Below are positions 40,875 to 50,165 of a stretch of DNA of 64,000 nt, one piece after another. The stretch's first letter is position 1, and the number at the start of each line of letters is the position of its first letter. The position numbers were made by a program, and so were the translations under genes. The stretch is from Candidatus Aminicenantales bacterium (GTDB lineage Bacteria > Acidobacteriota > Aminicenantia > Aminicenantales > Saccharicenantaceae). The stretch covers positions 1-64,000 of the forward strand of contig JBEKXF010000016.1 in NCBI GenBank assembly GCA_049512315.1, in the 5' to 3' direction. The notes under the pieces were generated by a model. That model saw only the letters and a program-made list of their open reading frames with translations. It made no database searches and was not told the DNA's origin.

Positions 40875-41894
40875 TCAGTCGGACGGCCCGCCGCCCGGGA
40901 TCTTCCCGGCCTCCGGAGAGCCGCGGTAGCGGAAGGCCGCCGCACCGTAGTTCCATCCGGTGCCGAAGGCGACGAGCGCCACCAGGTCTCCCGCCCTGAG
41001 GCGGCCGTCTTCTTCGGCTTTGGCCAGGGCCATCTGGACCGCAGGCGCCCCCGTGTTCCCGACCTCCTGAAGACAAAGGTAGACCTTATCCCGGGGGACT
41101 CCCGCTAGCTCCATCCCCCTCTCGATGATTTTGATCCCCGCCTGGTGAGGGATGACAACGTCGAAGTCCTCGATCCTCAGGCCCGTCCTGGCCAGGAGGC
41201 CGTTCAAGGCCGCCTGGAATGCCAGGGGGGCGAATTCGGCCACGCGCTTCCGGTTGATGAAGAGCGTCCGATATTCAGGGTAGCAGCCGGCCAGGTATCC
41301 CCGGCCGTCCGTCATGCAGAAGATGCCGATGATCCCTTCGTCCGCGGACGGCCCGAGGATGCTCGCCGCAGCCCCGTCGCCGAACGTCATGGCAACGTTC
41401 TTATCTGTGTCTTCGAGAAAAAGGGAGTTGCAGGCAGCCCCCACGAGAAGCACATGCTTCTTCAGCCCCGACCGGATGAGCCCCATCGCCATCTGGGCGG
41501 AAAGGAGGAACGAAACGCAGCTCCCGCCGATGCACACGCATTCGCACGCCAGGGGGATCCCCTTTTCCCCAAGAAGGTATTGGATATGGGTGGAGATATC
41601 GTAATAAACCCGGCGATGGATGGCGCCCTCGGGAAGGACGGGCGGCGAGTCCGTATAGAAGATCAGGCTGTCGATCTCGGACGGGTCGAGCCCCGATCTT
41701 GTCACCGCATCCCGGCAGGCGTCGACGGCCAGGCTCTGGAGCGACTCACCCGGGGCCAGATACCTCCGGCGCTCGATGCCGGTCAGGCGTTGGATGACCC
41801 CCCGGCCAAGGCCCAACGAGCCATCCAGCTCTTCATTGGTCACGACCCGGCTTGGGGTACTGTAGGCGAGCGAGAGAAAAGAAACACCCTGCAA
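40875..41894 (-). CDS. 3-oxoacyl-ACP synthase III (FabH-like, divergent)
   Basis: VVTNEEL, TGIERRR, GSC (Cys), FGDGAAA, PHQAG (His), GNT (Asn), AFGTG; TTG start after AGGGAG. Confidence 0.88.
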   Translation of the reverse strand: MQGVSFLSLAYSTPSRVVTNEELDGSLGLGRGVIQRLTGIERRRYLAPGESLQSLAVDACRDAVTRSGLDPSEIDSLIFYTDSPPVLPEGAIHRRVYYDISTHIQYLLGEKGIPLACECVCIGGSCVSFLLSAQMAMGLIRSGLKKHVLLVGAACNSLFLEDTDKNVAMTFGDGAAASILGPSADEGIIGIFCMTDGRGYLAGCYPEYRTLFINRKRVAEFAPLAFQAALNGLLARTGLRIEDFDVVIPHQAGIKIIERGMELAGVPRDKVYLCLQEVGNTGAPAVQMALAKAEEDGRLRAGDLVALVAFGTGWNYGAAAFRYRGSPEAGKIPGGGPSD

Positions 41895-41943
41895 GGCGGA
41901 TCGTCTCCCTTTCCGGCTGACTACCCACGTGGTGGGCAGCTTG

Positions 41944-41973
41944 ATTCTAGGCGCGTTGGAGGAGCGATGTCAA
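41944..41973 (-). promoter_or_regulatory. Sigma70-type promoter of the KAS III-radical SAM operon
   Basis: TTGACA-18 nt-TAGAAT on minus strand, about 50 nt upstream of TTG start. Confidence 0.6.
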
Positions 41974-42021
41974 GACACGGCCCGCGGCTTTCTCTGTCGA
42001 TGGAGATCGTCCGCGGGAAGC

Positions 42022-42705
42022 TTATTTCTTCACGCCCCGCAGCCTGAGGTCGTCGAAACAGCCGGTGTCGTCGAACGAGCCGACCCCGACCAGGCCGTGA
42101 CCGAGCGTCCGGTCGCGAGCCGTGAGGACCGGCTTCCTCATGTCGTCCAGGTAGGCCCGGATCTCGCCCGAACCCGCGTCGCAGACAACCTTGAACTCGT
42201 GCCACGCCCTGTCGGTCATCCGGGCGACGGACGTCCCGGCCGGCTCGGCGTTGATCTTGACCCGGTCGGCCCCGTTGACGAGCCCGATGATGTTGTGGAC
42301 GTCGGCGCTCTCCCCGGAGAAGTGGACGTAATAAAAATGGGTCGGGTCCTGGAAATGAAAGAAGACGCACATGTCACGGCCGGGGACCGCCGGGTCGGTG
42401 TAGCATTTCATCCGTCCGGTGAACTCGAAGGACGTCACGCCGTGGCCGGCCCACACCGACCAGGAGGTCGGCGCGCGGACCCTTCCCTGCTCTCCGGCCG
42501 ACGCGAGCTCGTAGACGATCATCCCGTCCTTTCCGACAACGCGCCAGTGGGCCGGATCGTTCGGCCGCCAGCCCTCGGCTTGCCCTTTTTCGAAGTCGCT
42601 CGCGGCGAGGAGGGGAAGCTTCGGGGCTTTCCGGACGCAGGCGGCGGTTCCGGCGGCGAGCCAGAGGCCGGCCAGGGCGGGAACCAGGAGGGCGGCGGAT
42701 TTCAT
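42022..42705 (-). CDS. Hypothetical secreted/lipoprotein, ConA/DUF1080-like fold
   Basis: Signal with AAC; beta-rich; GLVGVGSFDDTGCFDDLRL end. Confidence 0.6.
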   Translation of the reverse strand: MKSAALLVPALAGLWLAAGTAACVRKAPKLPLLAASDFEKGQAEGWRPNDPAHWRVVGKDGMIVYELASAGEQGRVRAPTSWSVWAGHGVTSFEFTGRMKCYTDPAVPGRDMCVFFHFQDPTHFYYVHFSGESADVHNIIGLVNGADRVKINAEPAGTSVARMTDRAWHEFKVVCDAGSGEIRAYLDDMRKPVLTARDRTLGHGLVGVGSFDDTGCFDDLRLRGVKK

Positions 42706-42727
42706 GCGAGACTCCCTCCACCCGCGG

Positions 42728-43720
42728 TCAACACGCCTCTCCGTCCCGGTATCCCGGCCTCATCCAGGGCAAGTGGCTCCCGGCGAAGAACGGTTCGAGC
42801 TTAACCGTCAGCCGCTTCATCTCCTCCGGGGCCATCGGCTGGAAATTCCTGAGAAGCCCGGCGTTCCTTCGGACGACTTCGACGCTGTCCGTGCCCACGA
42901 CGGCGGCGTGGACGAGCGGCAAGCTGAGGGCGTAGCGCAGCAGGTCCTCGGCCGGGATGTCCTTCACGGTCTCGCGCGGCCGGATGGCCTTGATGATCAT
43001 GACGCCCATTTTGCGGGCCGCGGCCGCCGGAACGGCGCCGCCCTCGAAATCGCCCTTGCGCTCCTCGTAATGGTTGAGGGCGATGAGCATCGTGTCGAAA
43101 TCGTGGCGGCGGGCGGCCTCGGCCATGGCGGCGTCGTCGACATGGCCCGTGAAGCCGATGAAGCGGGCCACCTTTTCGTCCTTGATCTTCCGCAGCGCCT
43201 GGAGGGCGCCGCCGGGGGCGCCGAGCGTGTCCAGGTCCGCGAGCGACTCGATGAGGTGGACCTGATAGAGGTCGAGATGGTCGGTCTGGAGGCGCTTCAG
43301 GCTTTCCTCGAGCGCCCGCATGACGCCGTCGTAGGTCCGGGCCTCGAACTTCGTCGCCAGGAAGACCTCTTTCCGGCGGGCCTTCAGGACCATCCCCAGC
43401 CGCTCTTCGCTGACGACGTCCTTGTTTCGATAGTTATACGCCGTGTCCCAGTAGTAGAAGCCGTAGTCGAGCCCGGCATGGAGGATCTCGAGGGCCCGCT
43501 CTTCGCTCGAGACGGCGCAAAACCGGCTTCCCAGCCCGAGGCCGATCCGGGGGACCTTGACGCCCGTCTTCCCGAGCGTCGCCGTCGGCAGACCCTTGGC
43601 GTCGAGGCCGCGTTTCGGTTCGGCCCCGAGGAGTTTCCCGACGGAGACGGACTTCGCGGCCGCAGCGGCGGCGGCGAGCGACTTGAGGAAATCGCGGCGG
43701 GGAATACGTGTTCGGCTCAT
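42728..43720 (-). CDS. Aldo/keto reductase with Tat signal
   Basis: RRDFLK; LGKTGVKV, DTAYNY, SLKRLQTDHLDLYQVH. Confidence 0.9.
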   Translation of the reverse strand: MSRTRIPRRDFLKSLAAAAAAAKSVSVGKLLGAEPKRGLDAKGLPTATLGKTGVKVPRIGLGLGSRFCAVSSEERALEILHAGLDYGFYYWDTAYNYRNKDVVSEERLGMVLKARRKEVFLATKFEARTYDGVMRALEESLKRLQTDHLDLYQVHLIESLADLDTLGAPGGALQALRKIKDEKVARFIGFTGHVDDAAMAEAARRHDFDTMLIALNHYEERKGDFEGGAVPAAAARKMGVMIIKAIRPRETVKDIPAEDLLRYALSLPLVHAAVVGTDSVEVVRRNAGLLRNFQPMAPEEMKRLTVKLEPFFAGSHLPWMRPGYRDGEAC

Positions 43721-43831
43721 GCCTCCCTCCTATCGGATCCCGGATCCGGCGCTTTTTCGAGCACTCCGATTCTAAATGCAAGCGGGGGGTAAATCAATAA
43801 CCTGTCGCCGCGCCGTCCCGCCGTCACTCGC

Positions 43832-43860
43832 TTGCGCGGTTTCCCGCCCTCGGGTAGAAT
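43832..43860 (+). promoter_or_regulatory. Sigma70-type promoter
   Basis: TTGCGC-17 nt-TAGAAT upstream of 43906. Confidence 0.45.
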
Positions 43861-43905
43861 ACGCCAGATGGAACGGGCGGGCGTGACCGGCCAGCGGGCT
43901 TTCTG

Positions 43906-45138
43906 ATGAAGAACGGGAAAAAATATCTTGTTCCGGGACTTCTCGCCGCCTGCATTCTCACGAGCGTTGTCATGGCCGTCTTCAAGCCCGTTCCTCACGG
44001 ATACCGGTATAGCTACGCGGTCGTTTTATCGCTGGCCCTCGGCGCGATCTGGCTCCTCTCCCGGGCCCGGCCGGACCTCGTCCTGGGAAAAGCGTTCCTG
44101 ACCGCCGTTTTCATCACGGGGCTCTTCTTCATGGGCAGCGAATGTCTCCTCGTCAGGAACAAGCCCCGCCCGGAGATCGTCGAGTATTACAAGAGCGTAT
44201 TCCAGGCCCTCGAGGCCGGACAAAATCCTTACACCTGCGGGACCATCTTTCACCGGACGGAATTCCTGAAGCCGGTCTACGGAAACTTCAACTATCCTCC
44301 GCTCGAGATCTATCCTTATTATCTGGCCTACCGCCTGGCCGGGACGTGGACGAGCAGCGTCATGGCCGCCGTCAACATCGTCCTCCAGTCGCTGGCCTGC
44401 CTCGTTCTCCTCTGGACCTTCCCGGAGGTCAAGCGGAAGTACCTGCTCCCGTTTTTCCCGCTCTTCATCTTCCTCGAGATCCACCTCGATATCGCCCTGA
44501 CGCTTCTCGTCACGGCCCTCATCCTTCGCGTCGTCGTCAGGGATAGGGAGAGGCCAAGGCCGGCTGCCCGGTACCTGATCGCCGCACTTTTCGGGGCGGG
44601 GCTGATGACGAAATTCCTGATCATGCCGCTCATGGCGGCCTATTACGGACATCAGGTCGACTGGAAGAAGCCGAAGACGCTCGGGCGGATCGCTGTCGAC
44701 GTGAGCATCGCCCTCGGCGTCGCCCTCCTCATCATGGCCCCCTTCGGCGTCGCCGCCGTCTTCAGGAACACGATCGCCTTCAACCTTATCCTGAAGGACC
44801 GGGCGGTCCTGACGACGTTCTTTCCGAACGTCCTCTCGGGGCCGTTCTCCTGGGCGGGCCTCGAAGGCCTCTATCCTTTCGCCGCAGTCATCATCCTCGC
44901 CCTGTCGGTCCTCGCGGCGCCCCGGCTTCGCCTGTTCCCGGCCTTGTTGGCGGTGGCTTCCACGTTCCTTTTCGTCGCCCCCGTTCCCGAGCGCCAGTAC
45001 ATTCCCGTCGTTCTGTACATCGTCATCGTCGGGATCTTCCTGGACCTTCGAGAAGGCCGGCCGGATGTTCTGCGTCGCGCGGAGCCGGGCCTCAGGCGGC
45101 CCGCTCCTGCTTCCACACCCGCAGCCCGTGGCGGCTGA
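43906..45138 (+). CDS. Polytopic membrane protein, GT-C/GT87-like
   Basis: GQNPY, FNYPPL loop, GLMTK, QY near C-terminus; about 10 TM segments. Confidence 0.6.
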   Translation: MKNGKKYLVPGLLAACILTSVVMAVFKPVPHGYRYSYAVVLSLALGAIWLLSRARPDLVLGKAFLTAVFITGLFFMGSECLLVRNKPRPEIVEYYKSVFQALEAGQNPYTCGTIFHRTEFLKPVYGNFNYPPLEIYPYYLAYRLAGTWTSSVMAAVNIVLQSLACLVLLWTFPEVKRKYLLPFFPLFIFLEIHLDIALTLLVTALILRVVVRDRERPRPAARYLIAALFGAGLMTKFLIMPLMAAYYGHQVDWKKPKTLGRIAVDVSIALGVALLIMAPFGVAAVFRNTIAFNLILKDRAVLTTFFPNVLSGPFSWAGLEGLYPFAAVIILALSVLAAPRLRLFPALLAVASTFLFVAPVPERQYIPVVLYIVIVGIFLDLREGRPDVLRRAEPGLRRPAPASTPAARGG

Positions 45139-46150
45139 TGTAGATGGGGATGTTCTTGAAGAGCGGGTTCTCCCGCTCGATCTCGCGGACCATCGCCCGC
45201 TTCACCTGAGAGACGTCGCCGCCGAGGATCGTGACCGAGCCGCCGTCGCCGCCCGCTCCGTTGACCTTCCAGCCCAGGGCCCCGTGGGCCCGGGCGATGT
45301 CGATCACGCGTTGGTGCTCGGGGCTGACCAGGGCCGGATGGAGGCGGCGCTGCGCTTCGGTGTTGTCGACCATCGCCCGGCCCAGCGCGGCGAAGTCGCC
45401 GGCGTACACGGCGTCGCGCGATCGGGGCGCGGTGCCGCGCAGGTCCTCGAGCTGAGCGCAATCGGGCCCGGCCTTCTCCAGGCCCCGAATCACCATCTCG
45501 TGGACGGCCGAGGACAGGTGGGACTTGCCCAGGTAGACGAGCACCAGCCGCCGCTCGAGCTCCCACCAGGTCGCATCGGGCACGACGATCCGCGAAACGG
45601 AGGCGTGCGGATACTTGTCCATCTCGATGTAGTTGATCCCGCCGTAGGCCGCGCAGAGCTGGTCCTGGATGCCGCACTGCTGGTGGAGCATCTCGGTCTC
45701 GATGCGCTGGGCCGCGACGGCCACCTCGTGCGGGGTCAACCGGTCCGGGGTGAGCCAGTCCAGGGCACCGATCAGGGCCACCGTGACCGCGGCGGAAGTG
45801 CCGGTCGAGGCCCCGCCGGGCGCTTCCGAGAAGATCGTCACCTCGAAGCACAGGTCCTTCGGAATGCGCATGAACTCGATGGCGGCTTCGAGCAGCGGGT
45901 GCTTGTTCCAGCGCTCCTCGGGGTGGATGGCATAGCGCTCGCCGTAGTTCTCGGCATTGATGATGATCCGGCCGGCGGGGTCGTGCCCGCCCTCGGGAAA
46001 GACGGCGATCTGGGCTTCGGCGTAGGGATACACGCCGATGTTGAAGATACGTCCGTGGCCGGCGAACCAGGTGTCGGTCCAGCCGCCGTTGTCGCAGACG
46101 CGGATGGGCGCGACGCTGTTGATGATGGCCAGGGGCAGGCGCGCGATCAT
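45092..46150 (-). CDS. GHMP kinase, heptose-7-phosphate kinase (HddA)-like
   Basis: APIRV..GGWTD, PGGASTGTSAA, GIQDQ..AAYGG, KVNGAGGDGG. Confidence 0.82.
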   Translation of the reverse strand: MIARLPLAIINSVAPIRVCDNGGWTDTWFAGHGRIFNIGVYPYAEAQIAVFPEGGHDPAGRIIINAENYGERYAIHPEERWNKHPLLEAAIEFMRIPKDLCFEVTIFSEAPGGASTGTSAAVTVALIGALDWLTPDRLTPHEVAVAAQRIETEMLHQQCGIQDQLCAAYGGINYIEMDKYPHASVSRIVVPDATWWELERRLVLVYLGKSHLSSAVHEMVIRGLEKAGPDCAQLEDLRGTAPRSRDAVYAGDFAALGRAMVDNTEAQRRLHPALVSPEHQRVIDIARAHGALGWKVNGAGGDGGSVTILGGDVSQVKRAMVREIERENPLFKNIPIYISRHGLRVWKQERAA

Positions 46151-46155
46151 GCTCG

Positions 46156-46590
46156 TCAGAACCTGAAGGAGTCGTAGATCCTGACCTTCAGGAGGATCTT
46201 CAGGATCGAGTTGGTAAGGGCGATGACCTCGCCGATCATCCAGGCGGGCAGGAGGACCCGGTACTGGAATTTCCTGAGCCGGGGCCAGGGCCGGTCCTTG
46301 CCCTTGATCAGGAGGGCCAGAAGGACGGCGATGAAGCCGAACATGCCGAGCGTCGCGGTCGTGATGTGCAGAAGAAAAAGGGCGCTCCGCCAGGGGACGA
46401 CATGGGGGCCGGCCAGGGTCGTCGTCGGGGTTATTTTAAATGAGGCCAGGAAGGCCGTGGCGACGTCGAGAACGACGGCCACCGCGAGATAGCCCAGGAA
46501 CGGCTCCTCGCGGCGATAGAACCGGCCGCTCGCGAGGACGTAAAAATACAAAGTGGCGATGGCCAGGACGATGTTGATCAGGACCGACAT
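46156..46590 (-). CDS. Small 4-TM membrane protein
   Basis: Four hydrophobic segments; cotranscribed with GHMP kinase. Confidence 0.7.
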   Translation of the reverse strand: MSVLINIVLAIATLYFYVLASGRFYRREEPFLGYLAVAVVLDVATAFLASFKITPTTTLAGPHVVPWRSALFLLHITTATLGMFGFIAVLLALLIKGKDRPWPRLRKFQYRVLLPAWMIGEVIALTNSILKILLKVRIYDSFRF

Positions 46591-46605
46591 GCTCGCTCCG
46601 CCACG

Positions 46606-46634
46606 ATTCTAGGGAACGCACCGCCGCCTGTCAA
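46606..46634 (-). promoter_or_regulatory. Sigma70-type promoter
   Basis: TTGACA-17 nt-TAGAAT on minus strand. Confidence 0.6.
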
Positions 46635-46737
46635 GGACGGCTCGCCTTCTCGGAATCTGGCTTGACAAGAAAAGCCCCGGCATCGCCCCAGCCATAGGAT
46701 GGCGGCGGCGATCAGGCGGTCCCGCACGGGATCCGAG

Positions 46738-46779
46738 AAAATAAAAAAGGGCGGACGGCCCGATTCGGGCCGTCCGCCC
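46738..46779 (-). terminator. Intrinsic terminator of TonB receptor gene (RRM-terminator family copy 1)
   Basis: 14-bp perfect stem GGGCGGACGGCCCG/CGGGCCGTCCGCCC followed by a T-run on minus strand. Confidence 0.85.
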
Positions 46780-46809
46780 GTGCGCTCGAATGCCGGTCGA
46801 AAACTCCGG

Positions 46810-49800
46810 TCAGAAGCTGAGCTTCAATCCCAAACGCGCAGACCGGGATCCGAACCGGGACGCCCACTGTTTGAACGCGTTATTCGTGTCGCCTTCCGCC
46901 GCGATGATCGACAGGTAGTCCCGGGCGAACGTTCCGTTGAGGATCTCCGCGTCGTAGCCGGAGAAACCGTCCACGTTGGCGGCCTCGATGCTGCTTTGGA
47001 TCATCTTGCTGTCGGTTACGTTATCGATCTGGAGGTTGATGGAGACGCGGTACCTCCCGCCGAACTTCAGCGCGTATTCGAGGTAGAGGTCGGCCCAGAC
47101 GGTGAAGGGCAGCCGGCCCAGGTCCCCACGGCCGTTGGGATAGAAATACTTGGTGCCGTAATAGATCGTGGTCGTCAAGGGCAGGCCGCTCCTGCCGTAG
47201 GCGACGGCACCCACGGTCAGCCCGAACGGGAACGCATAGGTCCCGTAAGCCTTGAGGTAATGGGTCCTGTCCTGGGGCAAAGGACCGTTGAGCACATGGC
47301 CCAACGCGTCGTACGCCATGAACCAGCGGTCATAGTCCTGTTCGACGTTCGGCCCGAGGCGGCCGCCCTCGTCGGCACTAGCCAGCCCGGAATAGTCGCC
47401 CGCGACCCGGCTCAGGGTATAGTTGAGGCCGCCCTGCCAGTTGTGGCTGAACCTCTTTTCCAGGGAGACGTTGAGGCCGTAGTATTCCCTCGTCGCTTTC
47501 GGGCAGGCCCAGTAGGCGTCGGAGAACTCCCCGCCCTGGGATTGCTGCCTGGTCACGCCGAAGCCGGGGTTGGCGATCCAGAAGTCCTGGGAAACGGTCG
47601 TCGACCCATCCTCGTTGACGGTCACAGTCTGCACGCCGACGTCCTCGATCGTCCGGATGAGGTGCTTGTTGACGAAGCGGACGGAAACGGACAGATCCTC
47701 CATCAACTTCTTCTCGGCGCCAAAGGAGATCTCCCTCTGCGCGGTCGGCTTCAGGTTCGGATCGACCCGATTGAACGAAGGCGGCAGGAAGTCCATCGTC
47801 CCGGCATACGTGCCGCCGGCGCCCTGGCTGGCCGCGTCATTGAGCACGCCGCTCGCCGCGATCAACGTCCAATCCGGATTCTGGAGGGCGTAATAATCCT
47901 GCGTGCGCTTCCAGCCGCCGAAGGTGAGCTCGGCCATGTAGAGCTTCATGACGTCGTAATAGATGCCGAAGCTGGCGAAGACCTTCAGGCTCGAATCCCC
48001 AAACACGTCATAGGTCGCACCCAGCCGGGGGGCCAGCATCTGCCACGGATTGAACTTGACAGGCTTGGTCGTGAAACCCGCGTAGGACGTGTTGTTGGTC
48101 ATGGACGGGATGTACTGCCCCTCGGCCCGGACGCCGAAATTGAGCGTCAGCCTGCTCTTGATCGTCCAGGAATCTTGGAGATAGAACGACATGTTGTTGC
48201 TGTGGATATTCCAGATGCCTCCATAGGGGGAGGTGAAGGAGCCCCGGACGTAATAGTACCCGTACTGGCCGTAATAGGGGCTGCTCGGGTCGGCTCCGAC
48301 GCCGACGGGGAAGCCCAGCCCGGTGTACGTCCGGCCGAAATAGAGCCACGCCCTGGGGTGGGTGGAGGCGTCATTGACATTTTCATGGAGATATGTATAG
48401 CCGACGCCGGCCTTCAGGGCGTGCTCGCCCATCCAGTTGGCGTAATACGAGACGTCGATGTTGTTGCTGATCTTATCTTGGAGACGTTTCGTAGTTAAGA
48501 GATAGTTCCAGTCGTCCGTGGTATAGCCCCCATAATGGATAAGGTCCGGATGGGCCACATAGAACGGGTCGGTGCTGTAGCGCGAGTTGGAATAGACGAA
48601 ATAGTAATTTGAGCTGTCCGACGGCGGGAGCGTCTGGTTATCCGTGTTCTGCATGTGATAGCCGCCCCGGTAGCTGATGAGCAGGTTGTTGCCGACGGAG
48701 TAGTCCGCGGTCAGCGAGGCGGTCGAGTTGGGATAGTCGAATCCTTCCTGCTGAAATGCATAATTCGGGTAGCCGTCGCCAAGGATACTGGGGATGGCCC
48801 CCCGGTACTTGCTGAAATTGTTGATGAAACTGGCCGACAGGCGCAGGCCGTGGAGCGGTGCGGCCGATAGGCGGATCGACCCGTTCCAATCGGTATTCTT
48901 GTTCGTGAAGGCCGAGAAGGGACCTTCCCTCAGGTTGAAGTCCCGCAGGGCCACCGTCTGGTAATAGGTGGGATTGAACGAGCCGAAGAACCACAGCTTG
49001 TCCTTGATGATGTAGCCGCCGAGGCTGAAGACCCCTTCGTACCGGTTGTACTTGTCCCTGTCCTTGCCGCCGTTAAAATAGAGGTCGTCGTAGTTCACGT
49101 ACTGGAAATCGTAGTCGTCGTACGGGTTCTGCCTGAGGAAAGTCCTGGCCTTCCCCTGCATCAACCGCGTGTTGTTCTCGTAAAAGCCCATGATGTCGCC
49201 GTGGAACTCATTGCCCCCGGACCTCGTGATGACGTTGACGACGCCGCCCATCGAGCCGCCGTACTCGGCGTTGTAGCCGGAGGCCGTGACCTTGACCTCG
49301 TCCAGGAGCTCAAGGACGGCGTTCTGGCCCTTGATGCCCAGGTGGAAATCCGTTATGTCCGCGCCGTCGGCGTACCACATGTTCTCGGCGCCCGAGGCGC
49401 CGTCCACCGAGATACCCCCCGTGATGGGCTCGTTCTGGACGCCCGGAATGGTGCTGATGAGGGAATCGAAGGTCCTCCCCCTGGGAAGCTCAAGAAACAT
49501 TTCCTTGGTCATCGTCTGGCCCTTGACCGTGCTCTTGACGTCGATCAGGGGGGAATGGCCGACAACCGTGACTTGCTCTTCGACGGTGGCCTGTTCCATG
49601 GTCACGTCCAAGGCCAAGGTTTGCGATAATTCGAGATAAATTCCCTTTCTGATCAGGGTCTTGAAACCGGGTATCGAAAAGGTGATCTCATACGAGCCGG
49701 ACGGAAGGGCCATCAAACGATAGATCCCCGTTCCGTCCGTGACGGCCGTGGCCTTTCCGACGAGCTTGGGGCCCGTGGCCACGACGGCCACCCCGGGGAG

Positions 49801-49923
49801 AGGATTGCCCTGGTTGTCGGTGACCTTCCCGTTGACCCTGCCTTCGGGAGTGAGCTGGGCGAAAGCCGTGCCCGCAGCCAGAAACAGGACGATCAAAAGA
49901 AACAAAAGAGATTTGTTCTTCAT
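46810..49923 (-). CDS. TonB-dependent receptor (Oar-like, carboxypeptidase-regulatory N-domain)
   Basis: GKVTDNQGNPLPG, AEYGGSMGGVVNVITRSG, YLQDSW, APRLG, C-terminal LKLSF. Confidence 0.92.
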   Translation of the reverse strand: MKNKSLLFLLIVLFLAAGTAFAQLTPEGRVNGKVTDNQGNPLPGVAVVATGPKLVGKATAVTDGTGIYRLMALPSGSYEITFSIPGFKTLIRKGIYLELSQTLALDVTMEQATVEEQVTVVGHSPLIDVKSTVKGQTMTKEMFLELPRGRTFDSLISTIPGVQNEPITGGISVDGASGAENMWYADGADITDFHLGIKGQNAVLELLDEVKVTASGYNAEYGGSMGGVVNVITRSGGNEFHGDIMGFYENNTRLMQGKARTFLRQNPYDDYDFQYVNYDDLYFNGGKDRDKYNRYEGVFSLGGYIIKDKLWFFGSFNPTYYQTVALRDFNLREGPFSAFTNKNTDWNGSIRLSAAPLHGLRLSASFINNFSKYRGAIPSILGDGYPNYAFQQEGFDYPNSTASLTADYSVGNNLLISYRGGYHMQNTDNQTLPPSDSSNYYFVYSNSRYSTDPFYVAHPDLIHYGGYTTDDWNYLLTTKRLQDKISNNIDVSYYANWMGEHALKAGVGYTYLHENVNDASTHPRAWLYFGRTYTGLGFPVGVGADPSSPYYGQYGYYYVRGSFTSPYGGIWNIHSNNMSFYLQDSWTIKSRLTLNFGVRAEGQYIPSMTNNTSYAGFTTKPVKFNPWQMLAPRLGATYDVFGDSSLKVFASFGIYYDVMKLYMAELTFGGWKRTQDYYALQNPDWTLIAASGVLNDAASQGAGGTYAGTMDFLPPSFNRVDPNLKPTAQREISFGAEKKLMEDLSVSVRFVNKHLIRTIEDVGVQTVTVNEDGSTTVSQDFWIANPGFGVTRQQSQGGEFSDAYWACPKATREYYGLNVSLEKRFSHNWQGGLNYTLSRVAGDYSGLASADEGGRLGPNVEQDYDRWFMAYDALGHVLNGPLPQDRTHYLKAYGTYAFPFGLTVGAVAYGRSGLPLTTTIYYGTKYFYPNGRGDLGRLPFTVWADLYLEYALKFGGRYRVSINLQIDNVTDSKMIQSSIEAANVDGFSGYDAEILNGTFARDYLSIIAAEGDTNNAFKQWASRFGSRSARLGLKLSF

Positions 49924-50165
49924 GCGGATTTTACTTCCTTTCCTAAACACGACCTCTCATTCCCCCTTGCATGAGAATGAATTAGAACCCGACATTTTAA
50001 CCCGAAATCCACTCATTCTTCTCCGATTCGCGCCTCCATCAAAACGATCCTTACCATGTGTTGAAAATCATAATACAAATGGAGAATACAAATCAATAAA
50101 AAAACGCGAATTTATTTTTCTCGATCATTGGCCTCGGCGAAAGATCGCCCGTTCGAGTCGGGCTT

